The notes beneath the pieces were generated by a model. It searched no databases. It had not been told where the DNA came from and worked only from the letters and a program-made list of their open reading frames with translations. A DNA stretch of 64,000 nucleotides from the human T2T-CHM13v2.0 reference genome, Homo sapiens. The stretch lies in NCBI RefSeq assembly GCF_009914755.1, contig NC_060931.1, one strand, 5' to 3'. Positions 1 through 15,560 of this stretch are shown here, one piece after another (position 1 is the first letter of the stretch; the number at the start of each line of letters is the position of its first letter). The position numbers and the translations under genes are program-made.

Positions 1-439
1 CTATGAGTCAACAGGCTACCTCCTGGCCCTGGATCAGTCCCTCCTGATTTGTACAAGTCCCATCTCCTGGCCCTCTGCTCCTCATCTCCCCAAAGTGCAC
101 CCAGGCCAGCACCCTTCACCACTTTGGTGCCCTGGCCATGGCTTGGCCATATATAGGCTGGTGTATGTTTGTATGGCAATTCTATGGGGGTGCTGGCCTC
201 TCTAAGATCAAACAGAACCCTCCCAGGACACTAAAGCAGTGCACCCACCCCTCCCAACAAAAGGTCAGCTGGGTCCCAGCAAACAGCTGAGTCAGATACA
301 CATGGGGATTGGCAGATGCTGATGGTGTATCCTTCCCAGCAGGCACTGCACTTTCTGTCCCACCTGGGATGTGGAAAGTCAAGGGAAGACAATCAAGGCC
401 CACAATTCTGGACTCAGAAAAGCCAAGTAGAGATTAGAA

Positions 440-555
440 AGATGGGAGGTTTGAATCAGGAAGACCTGGGGTGAATTCTGGACTTATAACTTAGCGCTGG
501 TCTGCAAAATGGATTTGATGATACATATTACACAGGGTTGATGTGTTAGAATAAC
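440..555 (+). mobile_element. MIR-like fragment
   Basis: AGACCTGGGGTGAATTCTGGACTT...CTGCAAAATGG...CACAGGGTTGATGTG resembles the MIR core. Confidence 0.5.
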
Positions 556-829
556 AGGTGCCTACCTCAAATCACACTGAAAAATAACTTCTGGGTAGAT
601 TTTTTAAAAATACCTAAAATGTGAAAAGAAAAACCTACAAAATGTAAAAAGCAAAGCTTAAAACATTGGTCTAGCATGTGAGAAGCTTGGAAGTCATCAC
701 TCCTGTCCTTACAGACAAAAAGCTAAACAAACTGAAAATCAACAACTCTTCTTAGATCCATCAGAGAACTGAGGTTGCAGGAAAACTTCTGCCTCCAAAA
801 TTGGCAGATAGAGAGAATTACAACTTGCC

Positions 830-862
830 ATCACTTCTCAGCCTTTGGTTAAAATCAAGTGT
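830..862 (+). pseudogene. 3'-truncated U2 snRNA retropseudogene (about U2 nt 1-34) with 16-bp TSD
   Basis: ATCACTTCTCAGCCTTTGGTTAAAATCAAGTGT matches the U2 5' end ATCGCTTCTCGGCCTTTTGGCTAAGATCAAGTGT. Flanked by AGAATTACAACTTGCC (814-829) and AGAATCACAACTTACC (865-880). Confidence 0.88.
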
Positions 863-3064
863 GCAGAATCACAACTTACCAGAGCAGAAACCTCCATGGA
901 ACCAGTGCTGGGGTAGGGAAACCTAAACTGTAATTGCCGAATTGCCAGATGCTCAGTGTGGACAAGTCTGAGAATTAAGAATTCCAGGGTGCCTAGCCTT
1001 AGCAGCGTGCACCCACACTTTTGTAAGTTCTACCTCCAGGAGCCCTACCAGATTCTCACAGCGAAGACTGGAGGAAAACTCCCCAGGGCTTCTGGCAGGG
1101 GGAGGAGAAAAATATTCATTTTGAAATATGCCACGGCGTTCTGTTCTTCTTAAAACCCTGCCCTCAGGAGAAATTATCTTACTACAGCCCAACCTGCTGG
1201 GGCTTTATCAGAGCCAAACCTACCTTGGGGAAGGAAAATACCCAACTCCAGCCCCCTCCAGCCATCCTGTATGTAGTACATAAGCGGATGGAAGAGAGAG
1301 ACTGAGAAGCACTTGTGAAGGTCACAGCACAGGGGCAGGCACAGGCTCGCTAAAATACTGAGGCCTAATTATAGGAGTACAGAATGCTTCCTCTCCCTCA
1401 ACATCCTGCTGTCACATTACTGAAGGCCAGTTCACCACATCGCTTTTACCCGGTACATCATGTCCAGCTTTCAATAAAAAAACTACAAGGCATATAAAAA
1501 GGCAGAAAAAAATAGTCTGAAGATACAGAGCATGCACCAGAACCAGACTCAGATATGGCATGGCTTTTGGGAACTATCAAACTGGAAATTTAAAACAACT
1601 GTAATTCCCATGCTAAAGGCTCTAATGGGAGAAGTGGACAACATACAAGAACAGGCGGGTGATGTAAGTAAAGAGATGGAAGTTACAATGCTAGAAATCA
1701 AAAATGCTGTAACAGAAATAAAGAATGTCTTTGATGCAGACTAGACACAGCTAAAAAACCAACCAGTGAGTTTGAAAACATATCAATAGGAACTTCTAAA
1801 ACTAAAATGCAAAGACAAAAAAGAATGAAAAAGACAAAACAAAATAATCCAAGAACTATAGAAAAATTACAAAAGATATAAACACATGTAATGGAAATAT
1901 CAGAAGGAGAAGAAAGGGGAAAAGCAGAAGAAATATTTGAAGTAATGTTGACTGAGTCTTTCCAAAATTGAAGCCAGGCACCAAACCACAAATCCAGGAT
2001 GCTCAGAGAATTCCAAGCAGAAGAAATACCCCAAAGTGTATATCGGGTCGTATCACATTCAAACTGCAGAAAATCAAAGAGAAAATCTTGAAATAACCCA
2101 GAAGCAAAAAACACTTCACCTGTCAAGGGGCAAAAAAGCATTACATCAGACTTCTCAAGCTCACAAGAGGAGAGTGGAGTAAAATATCTAAAGTGTTGGA
2201 AGAAATGAACCACCAACCTAGAATTCTGTATCCAGAGAAATTATCCATCAAAAATAAGAAACAAAGATGTTCTCAAACAAAAATTGAGGCAATTGGTCAC
2301 CAGCATACCTGCCTTATAAGAAATGTTAAAAGAAATTATTCAGAAAGAAGGAAAATGACATAGTTCAGAAACTTGGATCTACATAAAGAAAGGAAGAGAC
2401 TTAGAGAAGAAATAAGTGAAGGTAATATGAAATCTTTTTTCTAATTATTCATTGATCTAATAGATAACAATTTGTTCAAAATAATGATACTAACAGTGTT
2501 TTGGGTAATTATCACTTATGGATAAGTGAAAGAAAGCAACATTATCAGGGATAGGAGAGAGGAATTAGAAATACTCTGCTATAACCTATAAGGTATTTGC
2601 ATTACTTCACTACATGCGAAATGGTGTAGTGTTATTTGAGAGTGGGCTTGGGTTAGTTGTAAATGTATATAGGTATATGGCAAACTCTAGGACAACCACA
2701 GAAGAGAAAGAGAAAGAGAGGGAAAAGAAGAAGAAGTGGAAGAGGAGGAGGAATGCTAAGAGAAGCAAGAAAGGAGAGAAAATGGAATTATATAAAATGC
2801 TCAATTAAACCACAGAAAGCAGAAAAAGAGTGGAAGACAGAAAAAGAAACAAAGAAAATAGGGAAAAATAAAAAACAGAAACAAATATGGTAGCTATCAA
2901 TCCAACTATATCAATAATCACTTTAAATGTCAATGGCTCTATATACACAAATTAAAAGACAGAGATTATCTTATTGGATCAAAAAACAAGACCAAACTAT
3001 ATGTCATCTACAAGAAACCTATTTAAACATGAAGACACAAATAAGTGAAGAGTAAAGGCATGGA

Positions 3065-4995
<1,931 letters not shown>

Positions 4996-5104
4996 GAATA
5001 ATTTTGATTAGCCAAATCAAAATACATATAAGTGAACTGTCTACATTAATTAGAGAAAACAATCATTTTAGGATCAATAATTTGCAATTGACCATTCTTT
5101 GTCC

Positions 5105-5265
5105 ATTTCTGGACTCTACTATTTATTAATTGTGTGATCCTGAGAAAACTCCTCATCTGTAAATGGAGATGATAATAGTATCTCTTAGAGCTTTTGGAAA
5201 AGTCAAAAAACAATGCATAGTCTAGTGCATAGTAAAATGCTCAATAAATGTTAGCCATGATTATT
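5105..5265 (+). mobile_element. MIR
   Basis: TGTGTGATCCTGAG...CCTCATCTGTAAATGGAGATGATAATAGTA...GCTCAATAAATGTTAGC. Confidence 0.8.
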
Positions 5266-5408
5266 TCTTTCATGGATAAAGAATGGATTCTTTAATGGCA
5301 AATTATATGTTACATATAATTTTGTTTTACCATAATTTAAAAAAGTAAATGGATGGAGAAAGATGTACCATGCTAACAATAATTAAAATAAAGCTGGAGT
5401 AACTATAT

Positions 5409-5432
5409 GTATATATGTATGTATATGTGTAT

Positions 5433-5482
<50 letters not shown>

Positions 5483-5881
5483 AGTTGTTCAGACAGGGAC
5501 TCACTCTGTCACCCAGGCTGGAATGCAGTAGCACAATCATGGCTCACTGCAGCCTCTACATTCCAGGCTCAGTCTCCCAAGTAGATGGGACTACAGGCAT
5601 GTGCCACCATGGCTGGCTAATTTTTTTAATTTTTTGTAGAGATGGGGTCTTGGTATGCTCCCTAGGCTGGTCTCAAACTCCTAGATTCAAGCATTCCTCC
5701 CACTTCAGCCTCCTAAGGTGCTGGAATTACAGGTGTAAGCCACCATGCCCAGCTATATATAGTAGAGACACGGTGTTGCTATGGTGCCCAAGCTGGTCTT
5801 GAACTCCTAGGCTCAAGTGATTCTCCCACCTGGGCCTCCTGAAGTGCTGTGATTACATGTGGGAGCCACTGCACCCACCCA
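5409..5881 (-). mobile_element. AluJ-like element plus an extra left monomer (FLAM) sharing a (TG)n/(TA)n tail
   Basis: Alu dimer 5486-5752, monomer 5761-5880, microsatellite 5409-5480, TSD GGAGTAACTATAT on both sides. Confidence 0.85.
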
Positions 5882-6546
5882 GGAGTAACTATATTGATAT
5901 CAGAAAAAAAAAAACAAAACAGATTTTACAACCAGGGAAATTATCAGGAATAAAGAAGAGCATTACATAATAATAAAAGGGTCAGTTTTCTAAGATGACA
6001 TGCAGTCCTAAACATGTACATACCTAACACAGAGCATCAAAATATGTGAAGCAAAAACTGATGGAACTGTAAGGATAAAAAGATGACTCCACTATCATTG
6101 TTGGTGACTTCAACACAACTCTACCAGAAATGGACAGATGCAGCAGGCAGAAAATCAGTAAGGACATGATTGAACTCAACAGCTTCATCAATCAACTGGC
6201 TCTAACAGACATCTATAGACTACTTCATCCAACAACGGCAGAATACATTTTCTTCTCAAGCTCACATGGAACAATCACCAAGACAGACCACATTTTGGGC
6301 CATAAAAACACCCTGATACATTTAAAATACAGTAATCATATAAAGTACGCTCTCAGACTGCAATGGAATTAAATTAGAAATCAATAACAGAAAGATAGCT
6401 GGAAAAGCCCAAAATACATGGAAACACCACACTTCTAAATGACACACAGACAAAAGAAAAAATGTCAAGGGAAATTTTAAAATATTTTGAACTAAATGAA
6501 AATACAACTTATCAAAATTTATGGAATGCAGCAAAGGCAGTCTTTA

Positions 6547-6855
6547 TTATTTATTTATTTTTTAGGGACAAGGTCTCACTCTGTCATGCAGGCTGGAGTG
6601 CAGTGACACAATCATAGCCCACCGCAGCCTTGAACTCCTAGGCTCAAATGATCCTCCCGCCTCAGCCTCTTGAGTAGAAAAGACTACAGGCATGCACCAC
6701 CATGCCCTGTGATGTTTTTTGTTTGTTTGTTTGTTTTTAGAAACAGGATCTTGCTATGTTTCCCAGGTCAGTCTTGAACTCCTGTCCTCAAGTGGTTCTC
6801 CCACCCTGTCCTCCCAAAGCACTGGGATTACAGGTGTCAGCCATTGCACCTGGCC
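6547..6855 (-). mobile_element. Alu (AluJ-like)
   Basis: Reverse Alu dimer with a degenerate TSD AAAGGCAGTCTTTA/AAAAGTAATCTTTA. Confidence 0.92.
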
Positions 6856-6897
6856 AAAAGTAATCTTTAGAGGAAAATTTATAGCATCAAGTGCCTA

Positions 6898-7380
<483 letters not shown>

Positions 7381-10300
7381 CTAGTTCTTTGAGAAGATCA
7401 ATAAAATTGGAAAACTGCTAATCAGGTTAACTAAGGAAAAAAGAGAAAAGAGGCAAATTACTAATACCAGAAATAAAAGTGGGGCCACCAATACAGATCC
7501 CACGGATATTAAAAGACTAATAAAGAAATACTATGAAAAACTCTATGGCCATAAATTTGATAGCCTAGATAATATGAACCAACTCCTTGAAAGACACAAT
7601 CCTCTAAAACTCACACAATGAAATATAGATAATGTAATATAAACAGGACTGTATCTCTAAAAGAAATTGAATGAATAATAATTTTCCAAAACAGAAAGCA
7701 CCAGGCCCAGATTGGTTCATTGGTGAATTCTACCAAACATGTAAAGAAGAAATCATATCAATTCTCTAAAATCTCTTTTAGAAAATAGAAGCAGCAAGAA
7801 TACTTCCTAACTCATTCTATGAGGCTAGCATTACCCTAATACTAAAACCAGACAAGGACATTATTTAAAGAAAAGAAATATACAGACCAAAATCTCACAT
7901 GAACACAGATGCAAAAATTCTCAACAAAATATTACCAAATTGAATCCAACAATGTATAAAAAGAATTATATATCATGATCATGCGGGATTTATCCCAGGT
8001 ATGCAAGTCTTGTTCAATATTCAAAAATTAATTATTATAATCCAATGCGTCAACAAGGTAAAGAGGAAAAATCACACAACTATATCAATACATGCAAAAA
8101 AAGAATCTGACAAAAATCCAACACTGTTTCATGATTAAAAACTCTCAGCAAACTATGAATACAGTGGAGCTTCCTAAATTTGATTTTTAAAAAATCTAGA
8201 AAAGACCTACAGTTTACACCATACTTCATGGTGAGAAACTGGATACTTTCCACTAAGATCAGGAACAAAGCAAGTATGTTCCCTTTCACCACTGCTATTC
8301 GACATCTTACTGGAAGTCCTAGCTAACATAATAAGGCAAGAAAAGGAAATAAAAGATACACTTATTGGAAAGGAAGAAATAAAACTGTCTTTGTTCATAA
8401 ATGATATGCCTATATAGAAAACCCCAAAGAATCAACAAAAAAATTCCTGGAACTAATAAATGATTATAGCAAGGTTGCAGGATACCAGGTTAATATATAA
8501 AAGTCAATTGTTTTCTTACATATCAGCAATGAATGATTGGAATTGGAATTTTAAAACACAATACCATTTACATTTCATCCCCCAAAGTGAAATACTTAGG
8601 TATAAATCTAACAAAATATGTACAAGATCTATATGAGGACATTTACAAAACTCTGATGAAAAAATATCAAAGAAGAACTAAATAAATGCAGAGGCATCCC
8701 ATGTTCATTAATAGGAAGATGCAATATTGTCCAATGTCAGTTTTTCCCAAATTAATTTACACATTCAATGCACTCACAATCAAATACCGGCAAGTTATTT
8801 TGTGTATATCAACAAACTGATTCTAAAGTTTATATGGAGAGTCAAAAGATACATAATACAATAACCAACACAATATTGAAGGAGAAGAGCAAAGTCTGAG
8901 GTTTGTGAATACCAGATAGAGAAAGGATAGCCTTTTCAACAATGGTGCCAGAACAACTGGATATTCAGATGAAAAAAATGAATCTAGACACAGATCTTAC
9001 ACCTTTCATAATGATTAACTTAAAATGGGTCATAGACCTAAATGTAAAATGCAAAACTTTAAAACTTCTAAAAAATAACATAGAAAATCTGGATGACTTT
9101 GGGTTTGGTGATGATTTCTTAGATACAGTGCCAAAAGCACAATTCATGAAAGAAAAAATTGATGAATTGGACTTAATTAAAAGTAAAAAGTTCTGTTCTG
9201 TGGAAGACACTTATGAGAATTAAAAGGGAAACAACCACAGACTTGGAGAAAATATCTACAAAACACCTATCTGATAAGACTGGTTTTCAAAATATACAAT
9301 GAACCCTTAAAATTCAACAATATAGAAACAACCAGTTTAAAAATGGGCAAAAGATCTGAACAGATACCTCACCGAAGAAGATATATGGATGGAAAATAAG
9401 CATATGAAAATATGCTCGACATCGTAAGTCATTAGGGAATTGCAAATAAGACAAAAAAGAGCTATCACTATACACCTATTAGAATGGCCAAAATCTAGAA
9501 TTCTGACACCACCAAATGATGGTAAGAATGTGGAGCAACAGGAATTCTCATTCATTGTTGGTAGGAATGCAAAATGGTACACCTGCTTTGGAAGAGAGTA
9601 TGGTAGTTTCTTGCAAAACTAAAAATATTCTTTACCTTACACTCCAGCAATCACACTTCTTGGTATCTCCCAAATACATTGAAAACTTATGTCCACAAAA
9701 TACCCGCAAACGGATGTTTATTGCACCTTTATTCATGACTGTGAAAACTTGGAAGGAACCAAGATGTCCTTCAGCAAGCAAATGAACAAACTGTGGTACA
9801 TCCAGACAATGGAATATTATTCAGCTAAAAAGAAATGAACTATCAAGCTACACAAAGACAGGTTCCTCCTCCCACTTAAGGAGGAAACTTAAGTGGCCAC
9901 TGCTGAATAAAAGAAGCCAGTCTGAGAAGGCCACATACTGTGTGAGTCCAATGGTATGACATGCTGGAAAAGGCAGAAGAGAGTCAAAAGACCAGTGACT
10001 GGCAGGGGTTGGGTGGAGGGAGAGACAAATAGGTGGAGCACAGAGAAATTCTGGGGCAGGTGAAACTACTCTGTGTGACACTGTAATGACAGATACATGT
10101 CATTCTACATTTGTCCAAGCTCATATAATCTACAACAGCAAGAGCAAACCCTAATGTAAGCTATGGGCTTTAGTTAATAATATATTAATATTGGTCCATC
10201 ATTGTAACAAATATGCCAAACTAATGCCAGATGTTAACAACAGGGGTGGGGAATGGTGAAGGGGAATATGGGAACTTTATACTTTCAATCCAATTTTTCC

Positions 10301-10756
10301 ATACAGACAAAACTGCTCTAAAAATGAAGCCCATTAATTTCTTTTTCATTGTAAAGAGAAAAAAATTGTATCTTTAAAACACCAGGATAGAGAAGGACTT
10401 TTTAAAACCATAGGCAGAAAAGCATGTATCACAAGGAAAATGCCTATATATTTGCCATATAGTGAAATTTAAAACTTCACTGTGACCTGAGGCCCTGAAC
10501 AACATTAGGAAAAGGTGTTTCAGGGACTCTAAAGTCTTCCCCTGGAGCTGTCATCACCCCGGGAGACATCCTGACTGTAATACCCACCTACGCATGGCCC
10601 TCTCAGTGTATAAGGGTTCCCTTCAGGGCTCTCAGGCCACAGTGAAAGATGGGGCTATGCTCCCCATGTCACAGGAAGGGACAGGCACTGAATGCTCTGC
10701 TGAGACCATGGCAGCATGGATGTGGAGGTGGGATCAAACCAGACCCCTCTCCCCTA

Positions 10757-10928
10757 GCCAGGCACAGTGGCTCATGCCTATAATCCCAGCACTTTGGGAG
10801 GCCAAGGTGGGAGGATTGCTTGAGCCCAGGAGTTCAAGGTTACAGTGAGTTATGATGCACCTCTGCACCCCAGACTGGGTGGCAGAGCAAGCCCCAGTCT
10901 CAAAAACAAAACAAAATGAAACAAAAAA
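10757..10928 (+). mobile_element. Alu monomer (FAM/FRAM-like)
   Basis: Single ~150-nt arm with an A/C tail. Confidence 0.85.
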
Positions 10929-12133
10929 TCCCCAAGCCCCCCAATCAACCTCTTGCCGCCCTGCACAGGTCCCCTGAGGTGCCCTGCACTGGCTCAAAAA
11001 CAGTCTCCTGGGGAGATGGACGGGGCACCCCTGTGAGGTGGGGGAGGTGGGAGCAAGAGGAAAATGAATCACAGGACTTGAGCCAAGTAGAGCCCTGAGA
11101 GTGGGAAGAAGCAGGGCCGGGAGTTGGCAGCAGGACCAAGACAGGGGCGAGAGGCCTTGGGTGCCGTCTTGGCTCACTCCATCACTCGGTCACGCTGGCT
11201 GGGCCAAGGCAGAGGCAGTGGGTGTCAGAGACAGCTCTTCCAGCTAGAGAACAGACTTTCACATTTTCTGGATTCTTGCGAGCCAGCTGATGTCATGTTG
11301 TTAGCTTGACATTGGCCACGGTGGGCATCTTCATACCACAGAAATGGGCAAACACCACCCACCAGGGACCCCACCCCTCTGTTAAACATTGACCAGGCAC
11401 CACTTGAGAGGGGACTGCAAGGGGGGATGATGTGGCCTCCCTCTACATACCCCAAATACCCAGAGGGAGGGGGGTTGAGGGTCAGGAGGGAGGAGAACCT
11501 GACAGGCCAGAAACCACCTAGGGGCTGAAATTACATGCTCCCCATGGGAGCGAGAGAGGAGAGGGGGTGAGCACTCTTCCTGAGGAGAGGGCTCACAGGG
11601 GAGCCAGTCTGACTGGGGGTTCTGAAAGCCACGGTGGGCTGGGCTGGGATCCCCGTAAATCCAGCCTGTCCTGTGCAGCCTCGGTGGGAAGTTCCCCCTT
11701 CCAGGGAGGGTCTGGGACTTCTGCTCATTCTGTATCAGCATCCATCTTTCTCTTTCACTTCTCCGTTCTCTCAGGTGAACCATATCCTCCAGAAATCTTC
11801 AGCAACAAATGTCTTCCTTTAGCAACCCCACAGGAGCTGTGCCCCAGAACAATGGCCATGACCCCAGTGGGGAGGTCTGCATTAAGCAAAGAGCAAAATA
11901 AATACAGAGATGAAGACAGGAGGGAGGACCACCCAGGAACACCTGTAGCCCACTGTGCCCATGCTCTTCCAACAGACTAGGGGAGGCCTGCAGGTCAGGC
12001 CTAGCCTCTAGGGTGGAGAGGTCCAGCCTGTCTCTTAGCCCTGGACCCAGCCTTGAAGCATGTGGTGGATTATGCAGATAATGCACAGGGGTTGCTGGAG
12101 AACTGTCACTCAATCTGGCCATGCTGAAACCAG

Positions 12134-12890
12134 TGAGCAGGAGGAGGGTGTGGGCAGGAGGAGGAGGGTGTGGGCAGGGGGAGGAGGATGCGAGCAGGGG
12201 AGGAGGGTGTGGGCAGGGGAGGAGGGTAAGGGCAGGGGTAGGAGAGTGTGAGTAGAATGAGGAGGGTGTGAGCAGGGGAAGGAAGGTGTGAGCAGGAGGA
12301 GGAGGGTGTGAGCAGGAAGACGGTGTGAGCAGGGGGAAGAGGGTGTGAGCAGGAAGAGAAGGGGGTGAGTAGGGGGAGGAGGATGTGAGAAAGGGGAGGA
12401 GGGTGTGAGCAGGAGGAGGAGGGTGTGAGCAGGAAGAAGAGGGTGTGAGCAGGGAGAGGAGGCGGTGAGCAGGGGGAGGAGGGTCTGAGCAGGGGGAGGA
12501 GGGTCTGAGCAGGGGATGGAGGGTGTGAGCAGGAGGAGGGTGTGAGCAGGGGGAGGAGGGTGTGAGCAGAGGGAGGAGGGTGTGAGCAGAGGGAGGAGGG
12601 TGTGAGCAGAGAGAGGAGGGTGTGAACAGGAGGAGGGTATGAGCAAGGGGAGGAGGGTGTGAGCAGAGGGAAGAGGGTGTGAGCAAGGGGAGGAGGGTGT
12701 GAGCAGAGGGAAGAGGGTGTGAGCAGGCGGAGGAGGGTGTGAGAAGGGGGAGGAAGTTGTCAGCAGGGGGAGGAAGTTGTCAGCAGGGGGAGGAGGGTGT
12801 GAGCAGGGAGAAGAGGGGGTAAGCAGAAGGAGGAGGGTGTGATCAGGGGGAGGAGGGTGTGAGCAGGGGAGGGTGTGTGAAGAGGAGGGT
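12134..12890 (+). repeat. G-rich minisatellite, unit ~17-20 bp (GGAGGAGGGTGTGAGCAGGG), roughly 38 copies
   Basis: Directly visible tandem array with variant units. Confidence 0.95.
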
Positions 12891-13291
12891 TTCAGGAGGC
12901 TCAGCCTGGGGCCTCCTGTGTCATTGGCGCCATCTGGCCCCTGGCACTGGGAATGGTCTGCCAGGGCTCACTGCATCTTTGGAATTCCTCCCCTGCCCAC
13001 ATGGAGAGGCTGTCACGCACATCAGGGGCCAACCTACTCCCTGGGACAAGGCTACGGTGCCTGTGTCCTAGGGCCTTGGTCCTGGCCTCATGAGATGCGC
13101 TTAGCCAGAGTCTGGTGGAGGTGGCCCATTAGCCTAGGGCCACCTGGAAGGAGCCTGTGGGAACTCTGAGGGGAACGCTGAGAGCTGACCCTTGTTGAAT
13201 TTGTTTTCCTGTTTTTACCCACTGAAAGCTTTCATTTATTTTTCTGTGAGCTGTTGCTGCTGTCATCCGTACTTCAACTGGGGTTTTGGCC

Positions 13292-13430
13292 ATTTTTTTT
13301 TAACTGGGGGGCCTCATTCTGTCACCCAGGCTGGAGTGCAGTGGTGTGACTGCAGCTCACTGCAGCCTTGATCTCCTAGCCTAAGTGATCCTCCCACCTG
13401 GGCCTCCCAAAGCGCTGGGATTCCAGGCCT
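13292..13430 (-). mobile_element. Alu fragment
   Basis: TCTGTCACCCAGGCTGGAGTGCAGTGG...CCTCCCAAAGCGCTGGGATT. Confidence 0.85.
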
Positions 13431-14779
13431 TTTTGACCTATAGGAGCTCTTTCCATATGAGGGAAACCACCCATTCACCTCATGTAGCCCAAATGCTGGG
13501 AGGGCCTGCTGTGGCCTCACCCACACGGGATGTGCCCAGGAGGCATGGGGCAGGCACGTTCTTGTTCTGTTCCCTAACAGGAATGTGAACACTTTAAGCA
13601 CAAGGCACGTCTCTTCTCCTCTTTGCCCCTAAAATCCAGATGTGCAGATGGCTAATTGCCGGAGCTGCCATCCTGACTCTCACCTGAGAAATTCCAGGGA
13701 CAAGCTGAGCTGTGGGATGAAAGAAGTGCCCATGGTAGGTGGAGCCAGGATGCCAGATAGGAAGGCCCAGGTGGCTGGGGGAAGAGAGACAGGGCCTGCC
13801 CCATGCCTGTGTGTGGTGGCGCCCAGCATGGTGTCCTGCTCCTGGGTCCCCATCCCCCTGCCCCCGGCTCGCATCCCATGTCCCCCTCCTCTCCTCACAG
13901 CTTGCCTTCCCTGATTGGGAGCTGCTGGCCCTCCTCCTGTGCATCCCCCCACTTCCTTGGTCATCCCCTTCAGAACCACACTGCTGCCCTCTCTGAGCTG
14001 GATCCACAGGGACACCCGGAGGGCAGGACAAGGTTCCACCAACGTGTCTACTTTGGGAAGATGAAGGCAGGAGTGACATTACAGAGAGAGGGAGGTGCGG
14101 GCCCCCCATATCCCACCTTGTCCGGAGGGCAAGGCCCCGTCCTACTCAGGGAATGCAGACCACTAGCCCCAAGACTGGCCATGAGGCACAGAGAAGGCAC
14201 TTTGCCCAGCAGCAGGCCTTGCACATCAGGCGGTGTGCGAGCCCCTCGTCTCTCCTCACAAGAGACCAGGGGCTGAGCAGACCATCCCTCCCCGGGGCCT
14301 CTGTCCATGGCCAGCCTGCCCTTTACTGCCTGCCAGCCGGAAGGCCCAGAAGGGTCCAGCAAAGGCACTGAGGGAACTGAGCTGCGGTGACCAGCCTGGC
14401 TTGGCTTAGCCCTGTCAGGGGGGTTGTGTCCTCAGGTCTGGCTAGGCTGAAACGGACCCCAGAGCCCTGCCCAGCACTGCCCGCCTGGCCTAGTAGGCTC
14501 CTACCACCAACGCGGATTCCACAAACCACTGCGACTGTGCTGTGCACTGTCCCAGAGGAGTGGGCGGGCACCAGGCCAGGCCCCAGAGAGGAGAGAGTGG
14601 TCTCACCACAGCCAGGCTGGTGCTCCTCCCTGCAGGGGGCTGGGACAAGGGGCAGTTCACAGCTGCCCAGCTGAAGCCGGGCTCTGGGGCAGGGGTCAGC
14701 CCACCCACCTGGGGCCCAGGCCATCTGCGCTCCTGGCCTGACGGGAGAAGGGACACAGACGGAGGGTTTAAGGCCACTG

Positions 14780-15560
14780 AGCTCTCAGGACGGCCCGAGT
14801 ACCCGAGCTCTGAGCCAGCAGGAGCAGGAGGGCTGGGCTGCGCCTCCAGCCCCGGGGCCCACCCTTGCTGCGCCCCCATCTCCCTCCTGCACGTCCAGGG
14901 GCTGCCCTGGACCACATCAGGTCCCCAGCTCCGTCGCGCCCCTAAGCACAGGGCATGGGGAGGGCCCTCGGGAAGGACAGGCAGAAGCGGTCCCCATCCG
15001 AGGAGTCCTCTGACCCCAGGGTGCGGGTGTGGGCTGGAGTGCGGTGGGGTCGGGACTCTGCGCCCGCGGCGTCCCAGCTGTGGAAAGGACACAGCCTCCT
15101 CGCCCGGGCAGGAGCGCCCGCGGGGGACCAGTCAGTCCCTCACCCTAGCAGTGGGACCTGAGTGGATCCAAAAGCCAGAGACACCAGCCCATCGGAAGAA
15201 ACTGGGGACGAGAGAGATTCCGACGCCAGCACCGTAGGGGCCGCACTCGGCGTCCGTCCGCGCAGCCTTGCAGCGACCTTCAAAGGCGGCGCTTAAGAGC
15301 CGGTCACGCCCCTCCTGGAGCGGCGGCCCGCGGGTAGTCACCGCGCCTGAGCAGCCAGAACCAGGCCGAGGCCGCGCGGCTCGCGAAGGACACGCGGGAA
15401 GAGCCTTTCCGCCGGCTGAGCCGTGGGCGCCACCGCCAGGGACCCCAGGCTCACCAAGCCACGCGCGGAACCGCACGGTGGCCGAGACCGGGCGGGGGCG
15501 GGGGCGCTTTGGGAGTTAGGATACGCTTTGTGCCCGCTTGCTGCTTTTTTCCTGCAAGCT
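14780..15560. promoter_or_regulatory. Intragenic CpG island in CAMK2B intron 1
   Basis: Non-repeat, CpG-dense stretch with tandem GC boxes GGGCGGGGGCGGGG at ~15489-15504. Confidence 0.8.

Noticed and set aside
11799-12686. 295-aa and 178-aa Pro/Leu/Ser/His-rich ORFs
   Set aside because: Translations of the minisatellite; open only because the unit lacks stop codons; no splice or codon evidence.
12134-12890. CRISPR-like array or PRDM9 13-mer array
   Set aside because: No unique spacers and a eukaryotic context; the units I tested do not match CCNCCNTNNCCNC exactly.
13594-15519. Overlapping 100-230-aa ORFs
   Set aside because: GC-rich intronic DNA, no recognisable domain, many non-ATG starts.
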